Shown here piece by piece: positions 20,799 to 30,034 of a stretch of 64,000 bases of DNA. This DNA is from Spirochaetota bacterium (GTDB lineage Bacteria > Spirochaetota > UBA4802 > UBA5550), in assembly GCA_963664815.2 (NCBI GenBank), contig CAXXHB010000003.1:2848001-2912000 (forward strand), read 5' to 3'. The notes below the pieces were generated by a model. The model was not told the DNA's origin. It worked only from the letters and a program-made list of their open reading frames with translations, and did no database searches. How positions within the stretch are numbered: the first letter of the stretch is position 1; each line of letters starts with the position of its first letter. The position numbers and the translations under genes were made by a program.

Positions 20799-20980
20799 TG
20801 ATAGTATCATGAATCCATGTTTATTACAAAGACAGCTGCTGCTTTTTTAAAATGCCGGTATTTTTAATTTTAACGGATTAATAAGCAGATTTTATAATTT
20901 ATTAATTATCCCGCCGGGGAATTCTATAATGTAAATCAAAGCGTTTCAACGCTTTTTTAAAAAATAACAGGGGGGAATTC

Positions 20981-21334
20981 ATGAAATTTCAATTCTTGCT
21001 TTACATACTTGGCCGGAAGCTGAAGGGAAGAGCGAAAAAAGATCCCGACTTTAAAAAAAAGATTTCTGAAAAAAACTGCACTGTCCAGATTAAAACCGCA
21101 GACAACTCAAGTGGAAGGTACTACACCTTCAACGAAGGCGAAATTGTTTCAAAAAAAGGTATCTCAGATAATCCGACAGTTTCACTTGTCTGGAAAGACG
21201 CAGCAACAGGTTTTACCGTTCTCTCTTCAGGTGATGCAGCAAAAAATATGGAAGCCATTCAGAATGGTTCTCTGAAATTTGAGGGAGAAGGTGCAACTGC
21301 TCTCTGGTTTGCAGGTATAGCAAAACAGGCATAA
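20981..21334 (+). CDS. SCP2/sterol-carrier-like domain protein
   Basis: Small basic protein with a C-terminal AIQNGSLKFEG pattern typical of the SCP2 fold; GGGGG RBS. Confidence 0.65.
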   Translation: MKFQFLLYILGRKLKGRAKKDPDFKKKISEKNCTVQIKTADNSSGRYYTFNEGEIVSKKGISDNPTVSLVWKDAATGFTVLSSGDAAKNMEAIQNGSLKFEGEGATALWFAGIAKQA

Positions 21335-21373
21335 CATTACATAATCCTTAACTGTTTCAATTAATTATAACTT

Positions 21374-21400
21374 CAAGCTGCCTTTAAAAAGGGCAGCTTG
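21374..21400. terminator. Hairpin terminator between convergent genes
   Basis: CAAGCTGCC...GGCAGCTTG stem. Confidence 0.6.
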
Positions 21401-21401
21401 T

Positions 21402-22007
21402 TTATGTTATAATATAACCTACTCCTGTTATTATTAAAAGAACTGCCAGAAGTAAAATCACAATACCAAGGATTATTCCCGGAAGGATGAATATTATAAA
21501 TGTCTTTCCAAAATCAATGGAATGCATTTCAGAAATTCCCTGTATAAAAATCATTACAAACCAGACAAAAAAAGCTATCGAGAATAATACATAGAAAAAA
21601 CCGGGAGCAAAATCTATCATTGCAAACAGGTAAAAAGCAGGCAGAAAGAAGACCTTTGGAAACATCGAAAAATTTACTACTGTAAGCATCTCCCTGATAT
21701 TTCCCCTGTACCCGAAAAATTGTGCGGTAATATCGACAAGTGATGTGTACATTACAGTCTTGAATAAAGTATAGATAAACACCATTATCCAGCCATAACT
21801 CATTTTATAATAGAAAAAACCAGTTTCCTTTCCAACAAGTGAAATTACAAGTATGTCAAAAAGAGCTACAACAGCAGGAATAAAAAAGCTGAGAACAAAC
21901 GGATCTGGATCTTTCTGTTTTATTCTCCGGTATAATTCTCTCGGATCTGTTATGGAATATAGAAAAAAATCGGTCCATCTCAACGACTTGATAGTTTCAA
22001 GCATCAT
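21402..22007 (-). CDS. Yip1-domain membrane protein
   Basis: ITDPRELY followed by about 5 TM helices; overlaps the sppA stop. Confidence 0.7.
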   Translation of the reverse strand: MMLETIKSLRWTDFFLYSITDPRELYRRIKQKDPDPFVLSFFIPAVVALFDILVISLVGKETGFFYYKMSYGWIMVFIYTLFKTVMYTSLVDITAQFFGYRGNIREMLTVVNFSMFPKVFFLPAFYLFAMIDFAPGFFYVLFSIAFFVWFVMIFIQGISEMHSIDFGKTFIIFILPGIILGIVILLLAVLLIITGVGYIIT

Positions 22008-22951
22008 TGTATATACCTGTATTCAATTCTGTGAGGATTATAAAAAAGCTCACTCCCCGGTATTCCATTTCCTGTAAAGATGTTTTTTATTGATCCGAAA
22101 ATTTCCCTGAATGGTGAATCAGTCTGATCATAGACAGGGGCATTGACATCAAGAGCAGCAAGTTCTTTGGCTTTAAGAATGGCATCTTCAAATGTTCCAA
22201 GCTGATCTATCAATTTATTTTTAAGAGCCGTTTCTCCACTCATTACACGACCATCAGCAACGGGTCTTATATCATCCTGGTTCATATTTCTTCCCAACGC
22301 TACATCTTTAAGAAATTTATTATATGACATATCAATCATTTCCTGAATGAGGTTTCTCTCTTCCGGTGTTATATCGCGGTGAGTTGAAAGTATATCTTTA
22401 TATTTACCACTTTTAATTACATTCATCTGTATTCCAAACTTATCAAACAGCCTTTTAAGATTGGGAGAATAGGCGATCACTCCGATTGACCCGGTAATTG
22501 TCCCATAATTTGCAACTATATAATTGCATGCAGAGGCTATATAATACCCCCCTGAAGCTGCAACATCACCCATCGAAGCTACAAGAATTATATTCTTCTT
22601 GCGTAATTTCCACAGCTTTTCATAAATCTCCTGAGTTGCAGCCACAGTTCCCCCGGGTGAATTAATCCGTAAAATTATCGCTTTAATGTTGTTGTCCTTT
22701 TCAAGCTCTCCCAGCCTCGCAATAATCGCTTCTGCCCCCTGTTGTATGCCAAAAGGCCCCGCCGGGCCTGACATCTCTATAGCACCATCTACCCTGATTA
22801 CACCTACGCCAGGGCCAAATTCCGGCAATTTTATACTCATCTCGGATTTAGATTTTTTTTCAATCTTCAAACCTATATCCACAATAGCAATAATGGCAAT
22901 AAGCGCCAGCAAAGCCATTATTGCCACTATTATTTTCCTCTGTCTATCCAT
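22004..22951 (-). CDS. sppA: Signal peptide peptidase SppA (S49)
   Basis: RINSPGG, SMGDVAASGGYY, TGSIGV and KSGKYKD; GGAGGT RBS before MDRQRK. Confidence 0.95.
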   Translation of the reverse strand: MDRQRKIIVAIMALLALIAIIAIVDIGLKIEKKSKSEMSIKLPEFGPGVGVIRVDGAIEMSGPAGPFGIQQGAEAIIARLGELEKDNNIKAIILRINSPGGTVAATQEIYEKLWKLRKKNIILVASMGDVAASGGYYIASACNYIVANYGTITGSIGVIAYSPNLKRLFDKFGIQMNVIKSGKYKDILSTHRDITPEERNLIQEMIDMSYNKFLKDVALGRNMNQDDIRPVADGRVMSGETALKNKLIDQLGTFEDAILKAKELAALDVNAPVYDQTDSPFREIFGSIKNIFTGNGIPGSELFYNPHRIEYRYIQ

Positions 22952-23127
22952 ACTACGACCTCCATGCAGCTCCACTACAAGAAACTCCCTTTCATTATAC
23001 ACTGTGCTTACTTAAAAAGGTATGTTTTACATCACAATTTTAATATTATACCGAACAAATGATTATCATCTCAAACTCTCAACAATTTTTTAATTAAGAG
23101 ATCTATTACTCACTGAGATAACAATCT

Positions 23128-23520
23128 TCAGCAGAGGGAAACATAAGCCGGATTCTGTTTAAGCAGCTATTTATCTTGTGTGTATGTCACCATACACATC
23201 TTTGCAGCCTACCCTCAGCCTGGAGCGGGCCGCTCTCATACGGCTGACTACTTGGCTTTGCATCGGATGGGGTTTGCACTGCCATTCTCCTTACGGACAA
23301 CGCGGTGAGCTCTTACCTCGCCATTTCACCCTTACCTCTCTTCCCCTTTACTCTCTCAGTTTCCGGAGAGAGTAAAGGGGAAGAGAGGTGGTATATTTTC
23401 TGCTGCACTTTCCATCGCCTCACGACGCCCGGGTATTACCCGGCATCCCGCCCTTTGATGTCCGGACTTTCCTCACTCCCCTTAAAAGGGTACGCGCAGC
23501 TGCACGTTTCCCTCTGCTGA
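23128..23520 (-). ncRNA. rnpB: RNase P RNA, bacterial type A
   Basis: Minus strand GAGGAAAGTCCGG...GGAAAGTGCAGCAGAAA...GGTGAAATGGCGAGGTAAGAGCTCACC...CAAACCCC...ACAGAATCCGGCTTA; 15-bp terminal P1 pairing. Confidence 0.98.
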
Positions 23521-23629
23521 ACACTGTTATCAACGGTGTCAGAGATCTGTAATCATTTCAAAACATATACATCAGTATAAAACATCAAATCACCACACCA
23601 TTAAAAAGCCAGGTGTTCAATTTAATTTC

Positions 23630-23803
23630 TTATTATAGCAGTTAACTAAATAATCAGGCCTTGTCATTTCGAATGTATTTTAGTGCTTCTGCAGACTCAT
23701 TGACCATCTATAACGGTCAGTGAGCCTGCAGAACTGCTAAATCACCATCACTTCTTCGAAATGACAGACTATGTTATATTTCAATCGTGAAATGCTATAA
23801 TAA
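23630..23803. mobile_element. MITE-like element enclosing a long REP-type palindrome
   Basis: 11-bp terminal inverted repeats TTATTATAGCA / TGCTATAATAA. Inner hairpin TGTCATTTCGAA...TTCTGCAGACTCATTGACC-loop-GGTCAGTGAGCCTGCAGAA...TTCGAAATGACA (23662-23766). Confidence 0.6.
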
Positions 23804-24189
23804 AACAAAGAAAGAATATTACGAAAATGAATATTTTAAAGATAATTATACATATATTATTAGTCAATAGTAAAATCATCATTATATGTATTCTTTTTGA
23901 AAGACAGTTGATTTGAATCAAACATCTTCCGTCTCCTGAAGATTTTCATCTTCCAACCACTTTCAATGATGATATGAAAATCCTGCCGAATAAGACTCTC
24001 TGCAATAAATATATTCAGGGCATTCAATTATCCGCAATGAAAAAAAACTTGACAGTTAAGGTTTTTTTTGTGTAATTAAAAGTCAGTGTTCAATTTCACA
24101 AATTTACTCTACTCTCGGTAGCGCATGTTAATTATGCGCAAAATATTAAGTAAAAAACTGTAAAATTTAAATCTTCGAAGGAGAATTTA

Positions 24190-24351
24190 ATGAAGCGTTG
24201 TTCTACAAAACTAAGTATAATGTTAATTTTAATTCTAATTGCCTCCTTTTCTTTTACAGGTTGCAAATCTTTTAAACCCTGTAAAAAAGAATCGATACCT
24301 GTTGAATCATCAAAAATCATCGATCATAATGGGGGTCATCATGAAGCATAA
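24190..24351 (+). CDS. Small putative lipoprotein (53 aa)
   Basis: Not in the track. AAGGAG RBS; MKRCSTKLSIMLILILIASFSFTG/CKSFKPCKKESIPVESSKIIDHNGGHHEA* with an FTGC lipobox; overlaps the next start. Confidence 0.7.
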   Translation: MKRCSTKLSIMLILILIASFSFTGCKSFKPCKKESIPVESSKIIDHNGGHHEA

Positions 24352-25105
24352 ATTACATTTTCTTTCAATACTAACTTTTATATTTGTGTTTTCCTCATGT
24401 ATCAACACAGTACCAGTTCGTATAATCGATTACAGATCCGAGCTGGGTGGTGAGAACCAGATTAAAATTATTACTAAAAAACCGGTCACTTACGATGGGA
24501 AAACCATTAAAGGTGTATCTACCAGGTCCAACGTCTTTACAACTGCACTTATGTATACAAATGAAGAAGGTAAAAGAATTACAAAATATGCTAATGTAAA
24601 TAATATTGAAGTTGGCCATATTGAGATGATTCAGTTAAAAAAAGATTACATTGATCTCAAGGTAAACCGTTACTTTTATAAAGACCAGGCATTACGGTCA
24701 TGTTGTTTACTTGGCATGGTTCCACCATATATAATATCTGATACTATATACATGACTGTTCCTAAAAGTACATACAGCGGTACCGGATTCTTTGGTGATG
24801 ATTTTATAAACGGCAAACCGATAGAAGTCATAATTTCAGTTCAAAACCTCGGCGATATGCAGATGAAAGATGAATTTGTTGTTGTTGATGTTCTACCCGA
24901 TTATCTTGAATTTGAAAGTGCCAGCTTTTCAGGAGATGTTCTGGACGTAACATATGATCTCCATGTAAAAGGTAAAAGTCAGATTCTTGCCTTTAAAATC
25001 AAACCTAAAGAAAAAGGGATCAGCAGACTTGGAGCTGTAGATATTAAAGTTATGGTAAAACCTGTTATGAGTAAATTTACTACCCCTGAATATAAATGGG
25101 AATAA
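24341..25105 (+). CDS. Putative lipoprotein with a C-terminal DUF11-like Ig domain
   Basis: Start moved to MKHKLHFLSILTFIFVFSS/C (lipobox); IEVIISVQNLG...VVVDVLPDYLEF is DUF11-like. Confidence 0.7.
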   Translation: MKHKLHFLSILTFIFVFSSCINTVPVRIIDYRSELGGENQIKIITKKPVTYDGKTIKGVSTRSNVFTTALMYTNEEGKRITKYANVNNIEVGHIEMIQLKKDYIDLKVNRYFYKDQALRSCCLLGMVPPYIISDTIYMTVPKSTYSGTGFFGDDFINGKPIEVIISVQNLGDMQMKDEFVVVDVLPDYLEFESASFSGDVLDVTYDLHVKGKSQILAFKIKPKEKGISRLGAVDIKVMVKPVMSKFTTPEYKWE

Positions 25106-25449
25106 GCTGATATAATTCACATATAATAGTGCCAACTCAGCCGGGAGAGTGATCACTATTATTTTTATCATTCTATTTTTTTATTCATCTGAATCAGATT
25201 TTACATTTTTATCATACTCACTCAATATTATAATCTGATGTTTATAAATTCTGAAGACACAGAGTTCTTTATATCTATTGTTATCCTTATAATAATAGAT
25301 ATAAAATATTTTTAAAAACATAACCTTCTGGAATAATACGGATTTTTTCGAATGTTTTCATTATTTACTTTATATAACGAAAGCAGTGGTAAACATGAAA
25401 TATATAAAAACAAATTTGCTTTATAAAATTAAAGCTGGAGAAGCATATT

Positions 25450-26595
25450 ATGCGAAAATTCTACAAGTTAATTCTGGGTGCTATTGTATTAACAGTGACT
25501 TTATCTGTAAGTCTTTCTTCCGAATCAGAAAAATCGATTGGAAAAATTGCTTCAGTTAATAAAAACTCAAAAGAAATAATTATTAACATTTCCGACAAAA
25601 ACAAACCCGTAAATATTGGCGACAGACTCTATGTGAGAATAAAAGGGAAGGTTATTATAATGAAATCAACATTTCCCATGATGACGACATCAAAATGTTC
25701 AATAGAATCAGGTTCTGCCAAACTTACAGATTTAATAACACCGGGACTTGATGTTTACAGATATTACAAAGGAGTAAAGGATGAAGAAGAAACGAATGTC
25801 TCCACCACTCCAAAACCTGGTACTATTGAAAAATTCGGAGATATAGATATGATTTCTATTCCGGGAGGAGTTTTTATAATGGGATCCGGTAATAACGAGG
25901 AGGGACGAAATACTGCAAAAGAATTTCCACATAAAGTTGAAGTATCCAGCTTCTGGATGTCCAAATATGAAATAACGCAGGGGGTTTATAAAGAAATAAC
26001 CGGGAATAATCCAAGCCATTTTTCAAGCTTATTTGGAGGAAATAAAAAACCCGTAGAGATGGTCAGCTGGAGGGATGCTGTACTATTCTGCAATAAGCTG
26101 AGCATCAGACACGGATTAAAACAATGTTACACCTTCACTGAAGGTATTGCTTCATGTGATTTCAGCGCAAATGGCTTTCGTCTCCCCACTGAAGCTGAAT
26201 GGGAATATGCCTGTAGAGGTGGGGGTTCATCAACATTCCATTATGGTGATGATATCGACACATCCATGGCCAATTTTAACGGAACCATTCCTTACAAATC
26301 AGCGGATGGTTTTTTCCGTAATGAAACAACGGAAGCAGGTATTTTCCCGGCGAACAACTTTGGGCTTTATGATATGCATGGGAATGTATGGGAATGGTGC
26401 TGGGATTCGTATAGTGAAAACTATTACAGGAATTCCCCGGCAAAAAATCCCCTGGGGCCCGAGACAGGACCAAGGCGCGTAAAAAGAGGCGGGTGCTGGA
26501 TTAGCCCTGGCAAAGAACTCCGTTCAGCAAATCGTGAACCATGGAGTGAAATAGGAACTAATACCACAGGCATAAGGATTTGTCGTTCCATGTAA
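25450..26595 (+). CDS. Secreted SUMF1/FGE-sulfatase domain protein
   Basis: Signal peptide; IPGGVFIMGS, FWMSKYEITQ, FRLPTEAEWEYACR, NNFGLYDMHGNVWEWCWD and RVKRGGCW. Confidence 0.92.
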   Translation: MRKFYKLILGAIVLTVTLSVSLSSESEKSIGKIASVNKNSKEIIINISDKNKPVNIGDRLYVRIKGKVIIMKSTFPMMTTSKCSIESGSAKLTDLITPGLDVYRYYKGVKDEEETNVSTTPKPGTIEKFGDIDMISIPGGVFIMGSGNNEEGRNTAKEFPHKVEVSSFWMSKYEITQGVYKEITGNNPSHFSSLFGGNKKPVEMVSWRDAVLFCNKLSIRHGLKQCYTFTEGIASCDFSANGFRLPTEAEWEYACRGGGSSTFHYGDDIDTSMANFNGTIPYKSADGFFRNETTEAGIFPANNFGLYDMHGNVWEWCWDSYSENYYRNSPAKNPLGPETGPRRVKRGGCWISPGKELRSANREPWSEIGTNTTGIRICRSM

Positions 26596-26629
26596 AATAT
26601 ATATTATTTTTAAATTATTACTAAATAAA

Positions 26630-26667
26630 TTAATCATACCGAAAGCAACCGCTCACGGTATGATTAA
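26630..26667. terminator. Hairpin between the convergent FGE-domain gene and trpG
   Basis: 12-bp arms TTAATCATACCG / CGGTATGATTAA. Confidence 0.5.
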
Positions 26668-26680
26668 GTATGATCCATTA

Positions 26681-27247
26681 TCACCTGCTACAGACGCTTA
26701 AAAAATTTTCAAGAAGCACAATACCATATTCAGTCATATATGATTCAGGATGAAATTGTATTCCATATACCGGCAGAGTTTTATGACTTATCCCCTGAAT
26801 TACCCCGTCCGATGAATATGCTTCAATTTCAAGCGTGTCAGGAAATGTTTCCTTTTCAGCACAGAGAGAATGGTATCTCACCGCCTTAAACCTTTGCGGG
26901 ATATCCTTAAAGAGGTTTTCTCCGGTATGACTTATTACATCCTGTTTTCCATGCACAATTTCAGGCGCCCTTACTATCCTCCCTCCATATTCCTGTACAA
27001 TCGCCTGCATACCAAGGCAAATACCAAGCAACGGGAGACCGGGATTTTTTCTTATTATGTCAAGAGATATACCTGCTTTATCAGGATTTGACGGACCGGG
27101 AGATATTACTATTGCACTGTACTTTGTAAAATCTATCGCTTTTATATCATGATCATTCCTGAAGACCTCAACATCAATTCCCATAGTTTCAAAGCTGTGA
27201 ACAATATTATATGAAAACGAATCGTAATTATCAATTAATAAGATCAT
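26681..27247 (-). CDS. trpG: Anthranilate synthase component II (glutamine amidotransferase)
   Basis: IDNYDSF, SPGPSNP, LGICLGMQ, RYHSL and QFHPES; GGAG RBS before MILLIDN. Confidence 0.9.
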   Translation of the reverse strand: MILLIDNYDSFSYNIVHSFETMGIDVEVFRNDHDIKAIDFTKYSAIVISPGPSNPDKAGISLDIIRKNPGLPLLGICLGMQAIVQEYGGRIVRAPEIVHGKQDVISHTGENLFKDIPQRFKAVRYHSLCAEKETFPDTLEIEAYSSDGVIQGISHKTLPVYGIQFHPESYMTEYGIVLLENFLSVCSR

Positions 27248-27274
27248 AGACTTCTCCATTAAAATAAAATTCAT

Positions 27275-28735
27275 TTATACCGCATATCCCATACTCACTG
27301 TGAGCGCCTTTAGCTTATTGTCTATCTCCATTCTCTCCTTTTCCGGGATACTGTCATAGACTATCCCTGCACCTGCCTGGATATGTATACCCTCTTCCTC
27401 AAAAAATGCGCTCCTTATTGTGATACATGTATCGCTTGTCCTGTTAAATCCGAAATATCCCACTGCCCCGGCATAAGCACCTCTCGGCATTGTTTCAACA
27501 TCATCTATTATTTCAACCGCCCTGACTTTCGGCGCGCCTGTAACAGTACCAGCCGGAAAACTGAACCTGAAGGCATCCACCATGGATGAACCCTTTTTCA
27601 TCATACCGGTCACATCTGAAACAATATGCATCACATGTGAGTAATCCTCGACCTTCATAAATCTTGGAACCGAGACACTCCCCTTCTCAGCAATTCTGCT
27701 GAGGTCATTCCGGGCAAGATCAACAAGCATCAGGTGTTCTGCCCTCTCCTTTCGGTCAAGCAGGAGTTCCTTCCTTACTGTTTTTTTCTCCCGCGCAGAT
27801 ATTGGGACAGGAGCAGTACCCGCTATAGGTTTAAGATGCATTATGTTTTTTCTTATTTTGAGATGCGTTTCAGGTGAACATCCTGTAATATACCTTTTCC
27901 CGAATTTCAGCATATACATGTACGGAGAAGGATTGACACTTCGTATTTTAAGGTAAAAGTTATACGGATCAACCCGTTCTTTTACGACCATTCGTCTGCT
28001 TAACACTGCCTGTATAATTTCACCGCACGATATCATCTCCTTTATGTCATTTACTTTTCTGATAAACAGGCAGTCGCTATCTATATACTCCATCATCACA
28101 TCAGCGGGATGGAGAGTGAGATAATTTATTTTTTCACTTTTAATCAGATTTAAAATGTATGCTTCAAGTTCTGCCAGTCTCTCGTTAGTCTTCCTGACAA
28201 GAAAGTCTATTTCACCTTCTGAAGTATACATTGATGCTGATACATAATACTTTTCAGTGTAGTTATCATAAACAATAAACTCGTCAATAAGAAGTAGTTC
28301 TGCATTAGGATGATAATTGTCGTTCCTTATTTCTTTTCGAAGTATCCCCGTTTTATTTATAGCTTCATAACCCACATATCCGGTATAACCTCCATTAAAA
28401 TCTCCATACAGATCTGTATCCGGTGAATGATATTTTTCCAGTTCGCCATCGAGAAATTCAAAAACAGTTTTTTGAACCCTCTCTTTAATACCTTTTCTAC
28501 TCACAATTACATGATCACTGTATGCAGTAACTACAGCGGATGGATTAAAACAGAGATATGAGAATCTCCCCTTATTCTTTGTCTTGCCTGCACTTTCAAG
28601 AAATATAAAATGTTCATTTTCTCTCATCGCTTTAAGTAAAGAAATAAAATCAAGTGAACTGATATTAAGTTCTCTGAATAAAGGTATCCGGTTATAATTA
28701 AGCGCCAGTGTTTCCACTTTTAACTTGTAATTCAT
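27275..28735 (-). CDS. trpE: Anthranilate synthase component I
   Basis: FLESA, NPSPYM (Trp feedback motif), SPE, PIAGT, AEHLMLVDLARND, PAGTVTGAPK and QAGAGIVYDS. Confidence 0.88.
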   Translation of the reverse strand: MNYKLKVETLALNYNRIPLFRELNISSLDFISLLKAMRENEHFIFLESAGKTKNKGRFSYLCFNPSAVVTAYSDHVIVSRKGIKERVQKTVFEFLDGELEKYHSPDTDLYGDFNGGYTGYVGYEAINKTGILRKEIRNDNYHPNAELLLIDEFIVYDNYTEKYYVSASMYTSEGEIDFLVRKTNERLAELEAYILNLIKSEKINYLTLHPADVMMEYIDSDCLFIRKVNDIKEMISCGEIIQAVLSRRMVVKERVDPYNFYLKIRSVNPSPYMYMLKFGKRYITGCSPETHLKIRKNIMHLKPIAGTAPVPISAREKKTVRKELLLDRKERAEHLMLVDLARNDLSRIAEKGSVSVPRFMKVEDYSHVMHIVSDVTGMMKKGSSMVDAFRFSFPAGTVTGAPKVRAVEIIDDVETMPRGAYAGAVGYFGFNRTSDTCITIRSAFFEEEGIHIQAGAGIVYDSIPEKERMEIDNKLKALTVSMGYAV

Positions 28736-28753
28736 AAAGATTCTCCTTAAAAT

Positions 28754-28782
28754 AAAAAAGCTGCGGTTTGCTTCCGCAGCTT
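28754..28782 (-). terminator. Attenuator-type intrinsic terminator upstream of trpE
   Basis: Minus strand AAGCTGCGG-AAGCAAA-CCGCAGCTT followed by U residues, ending about 20 nt before the trpE ATG. Confidence 0.8.
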
Positions 28783-28846
28783 GAATTTAACAAATTTGCC
28801 TGAAAGCTGAACTCCCTCTCTCAGGCCTGACAGTCTGATATAAGGG

Positions 28847-28897
28847 TTATATATAAATAATACGCCATATACAAATTAATATTATCTGCTTTTTCAT
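28847..28897 (-). CDS. Candidate trp leader peptide MKKQIILICIWRIIYI
   Basis: GGAG RBS; 16 codons with a Trp-Arg pair; upstream of alternative hairpins and the terminator preceding trpE. Confidence 0.6.
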   Translation of the reverse strand: MKKQIILICIWRIIYI

Positions 28898-28921
28898 ATC
28901 TTCACTCCATCAATACAATTT

Positions 28922-28951
28922 CATCATGTTTCTATATATAGAAACATGATG
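28922..28951. promoter_or_regulatory. Perfect 30-bp palindrome (candidate operator) in the trp promoter region
   Basis: CATCATGTTTCTATA|TATAGAAACATGATG, just downstream of a minus-strand TTGACA at 28957-28962. Confidence 0.55.
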
Positions 28952-29126
28952 CTTATTGTCAATAATTTTTTTTACTTATTAAAAAATCTTCATTTATTTC
29001 TTAACATATTTAGGGGGAAAAAATGCAGAATTATACCTGCCAATGGCAGATGTTTAAATATTTATAGTTATACTAAAACTGAAAATTTCTAACCTGATAA
29101 ATTATATATTAAACATACTTATGCTG

Positions 29127-29183
29127 TTGACAATACTCATCATTCTTATTAAATTTAGAATGTAGTTTAATTACTACATTCTA
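29127..29183 (+). promoter_or_regulatory. Sigma70-like promoter with an operator-like inverted repeat, upstream of the hemerythrin gene
   Basis: TTGACA-N17-TAAATT (29127-29155) followed by TAGAATGTAGT-ttaatt-ACTACATTCTA (29156-29183). Confidence 0.6.
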
Positions 29184-29296
29184 TGCATATAAATATTTAC
29201 AGATTAACTATTGATAATGGGTTTAGATTAATTATAAAATCGAAGGAGTCTTAGAATGACAATACATATATATAATCAACTGAAAGAGGAATTTTT

Positions 29297-29704
29297 ATGG
29301 CATTCATAAACTGGACCGATGATTTAAGCGTCGGAATTACATTATTCGATAATGATCATAAACAACTAATATCTCTGACGAACAGGCTTCATGACAGTAT
29401 AACCGTTGGTTCACAACAGAGTGTTCTGGCTCCGATTCTCAATGAACTTGTTAAATATACAATATTTCACTTCGGCCATGAGGAAGGATTGATGCTTCAA
29501 TATTCATATCCTGATTATGAAAAACACAAAATTGAACACGACGCTCTTGTAAAAAAGGTTCAGGATTTTCACAACCAGGTAATTTCGGGAAAGACATCAA
29601 TATCTTTAAGCCTCATCGGTTTTCTGAAAGAGTGGCTTGTCAATCATATTATGAAAACTGATATGGAATACAAATTATTCTTCAATAAAAAAAGCATCAG
29701 TTAA
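29297..29704 (+). CDS. Bacteriohemerythrin
   Basis: W..DLSVG, DNDH, HFGHEE, HKIEH and WLVNHIMKTD; the full di-iron ligand set is present. Confidence 0.95.
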   Translation: MAFINWTDDLSVGITLFDNDHKQLISLTNRLHDSITVGSQQSVLAPILNELVKYTIFHFGHEEGLMLQYSYPDYEKHKIEHDALVKKVQDFHNQVISGKTSISLSLIGFLKEWLVNHIMKTDMEYKLFFNKKSIS

Positions 29705-30034
29705 TCGATGAGATATATCTTTCTTATATCTACATATGTTTTATCACTATTGATATTAATTACATTCAGATACAAAAAAATTGCATGTTTAAAAAACTGT
29801 TTTATAGTAATAAACAAATATTTATTTTATTTAATATGGTGCAAAATAACTTGACTGAAATCTGTAAAAAATATACAAAAATTCAACTTCGTAAAAACTC
29901 GGTGATAAATCAACATTATATCCGGTATAAAGATGAAGATATTTTATCTTTCAGTTTAACCATGCGTTTTTTAACAACCAGAATATAATGTATTCACAAC
30001 AACATTCCCTGATTATTTACTTACTGGAGATCAT

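Noticed and set aside
23178-23520. Short plus-strand ORFs of 65 and 71 aa
   Set aside because: They are antisense to the RNase P RNA.
25450-26595. FGE-type C-lectin-fold protein as a diversity-generating retroelement target
   Set aside because: No reverse transcriptase and no template-repeat copy of its 3' end were seen in the window; a remote DGR cannot be excluded.
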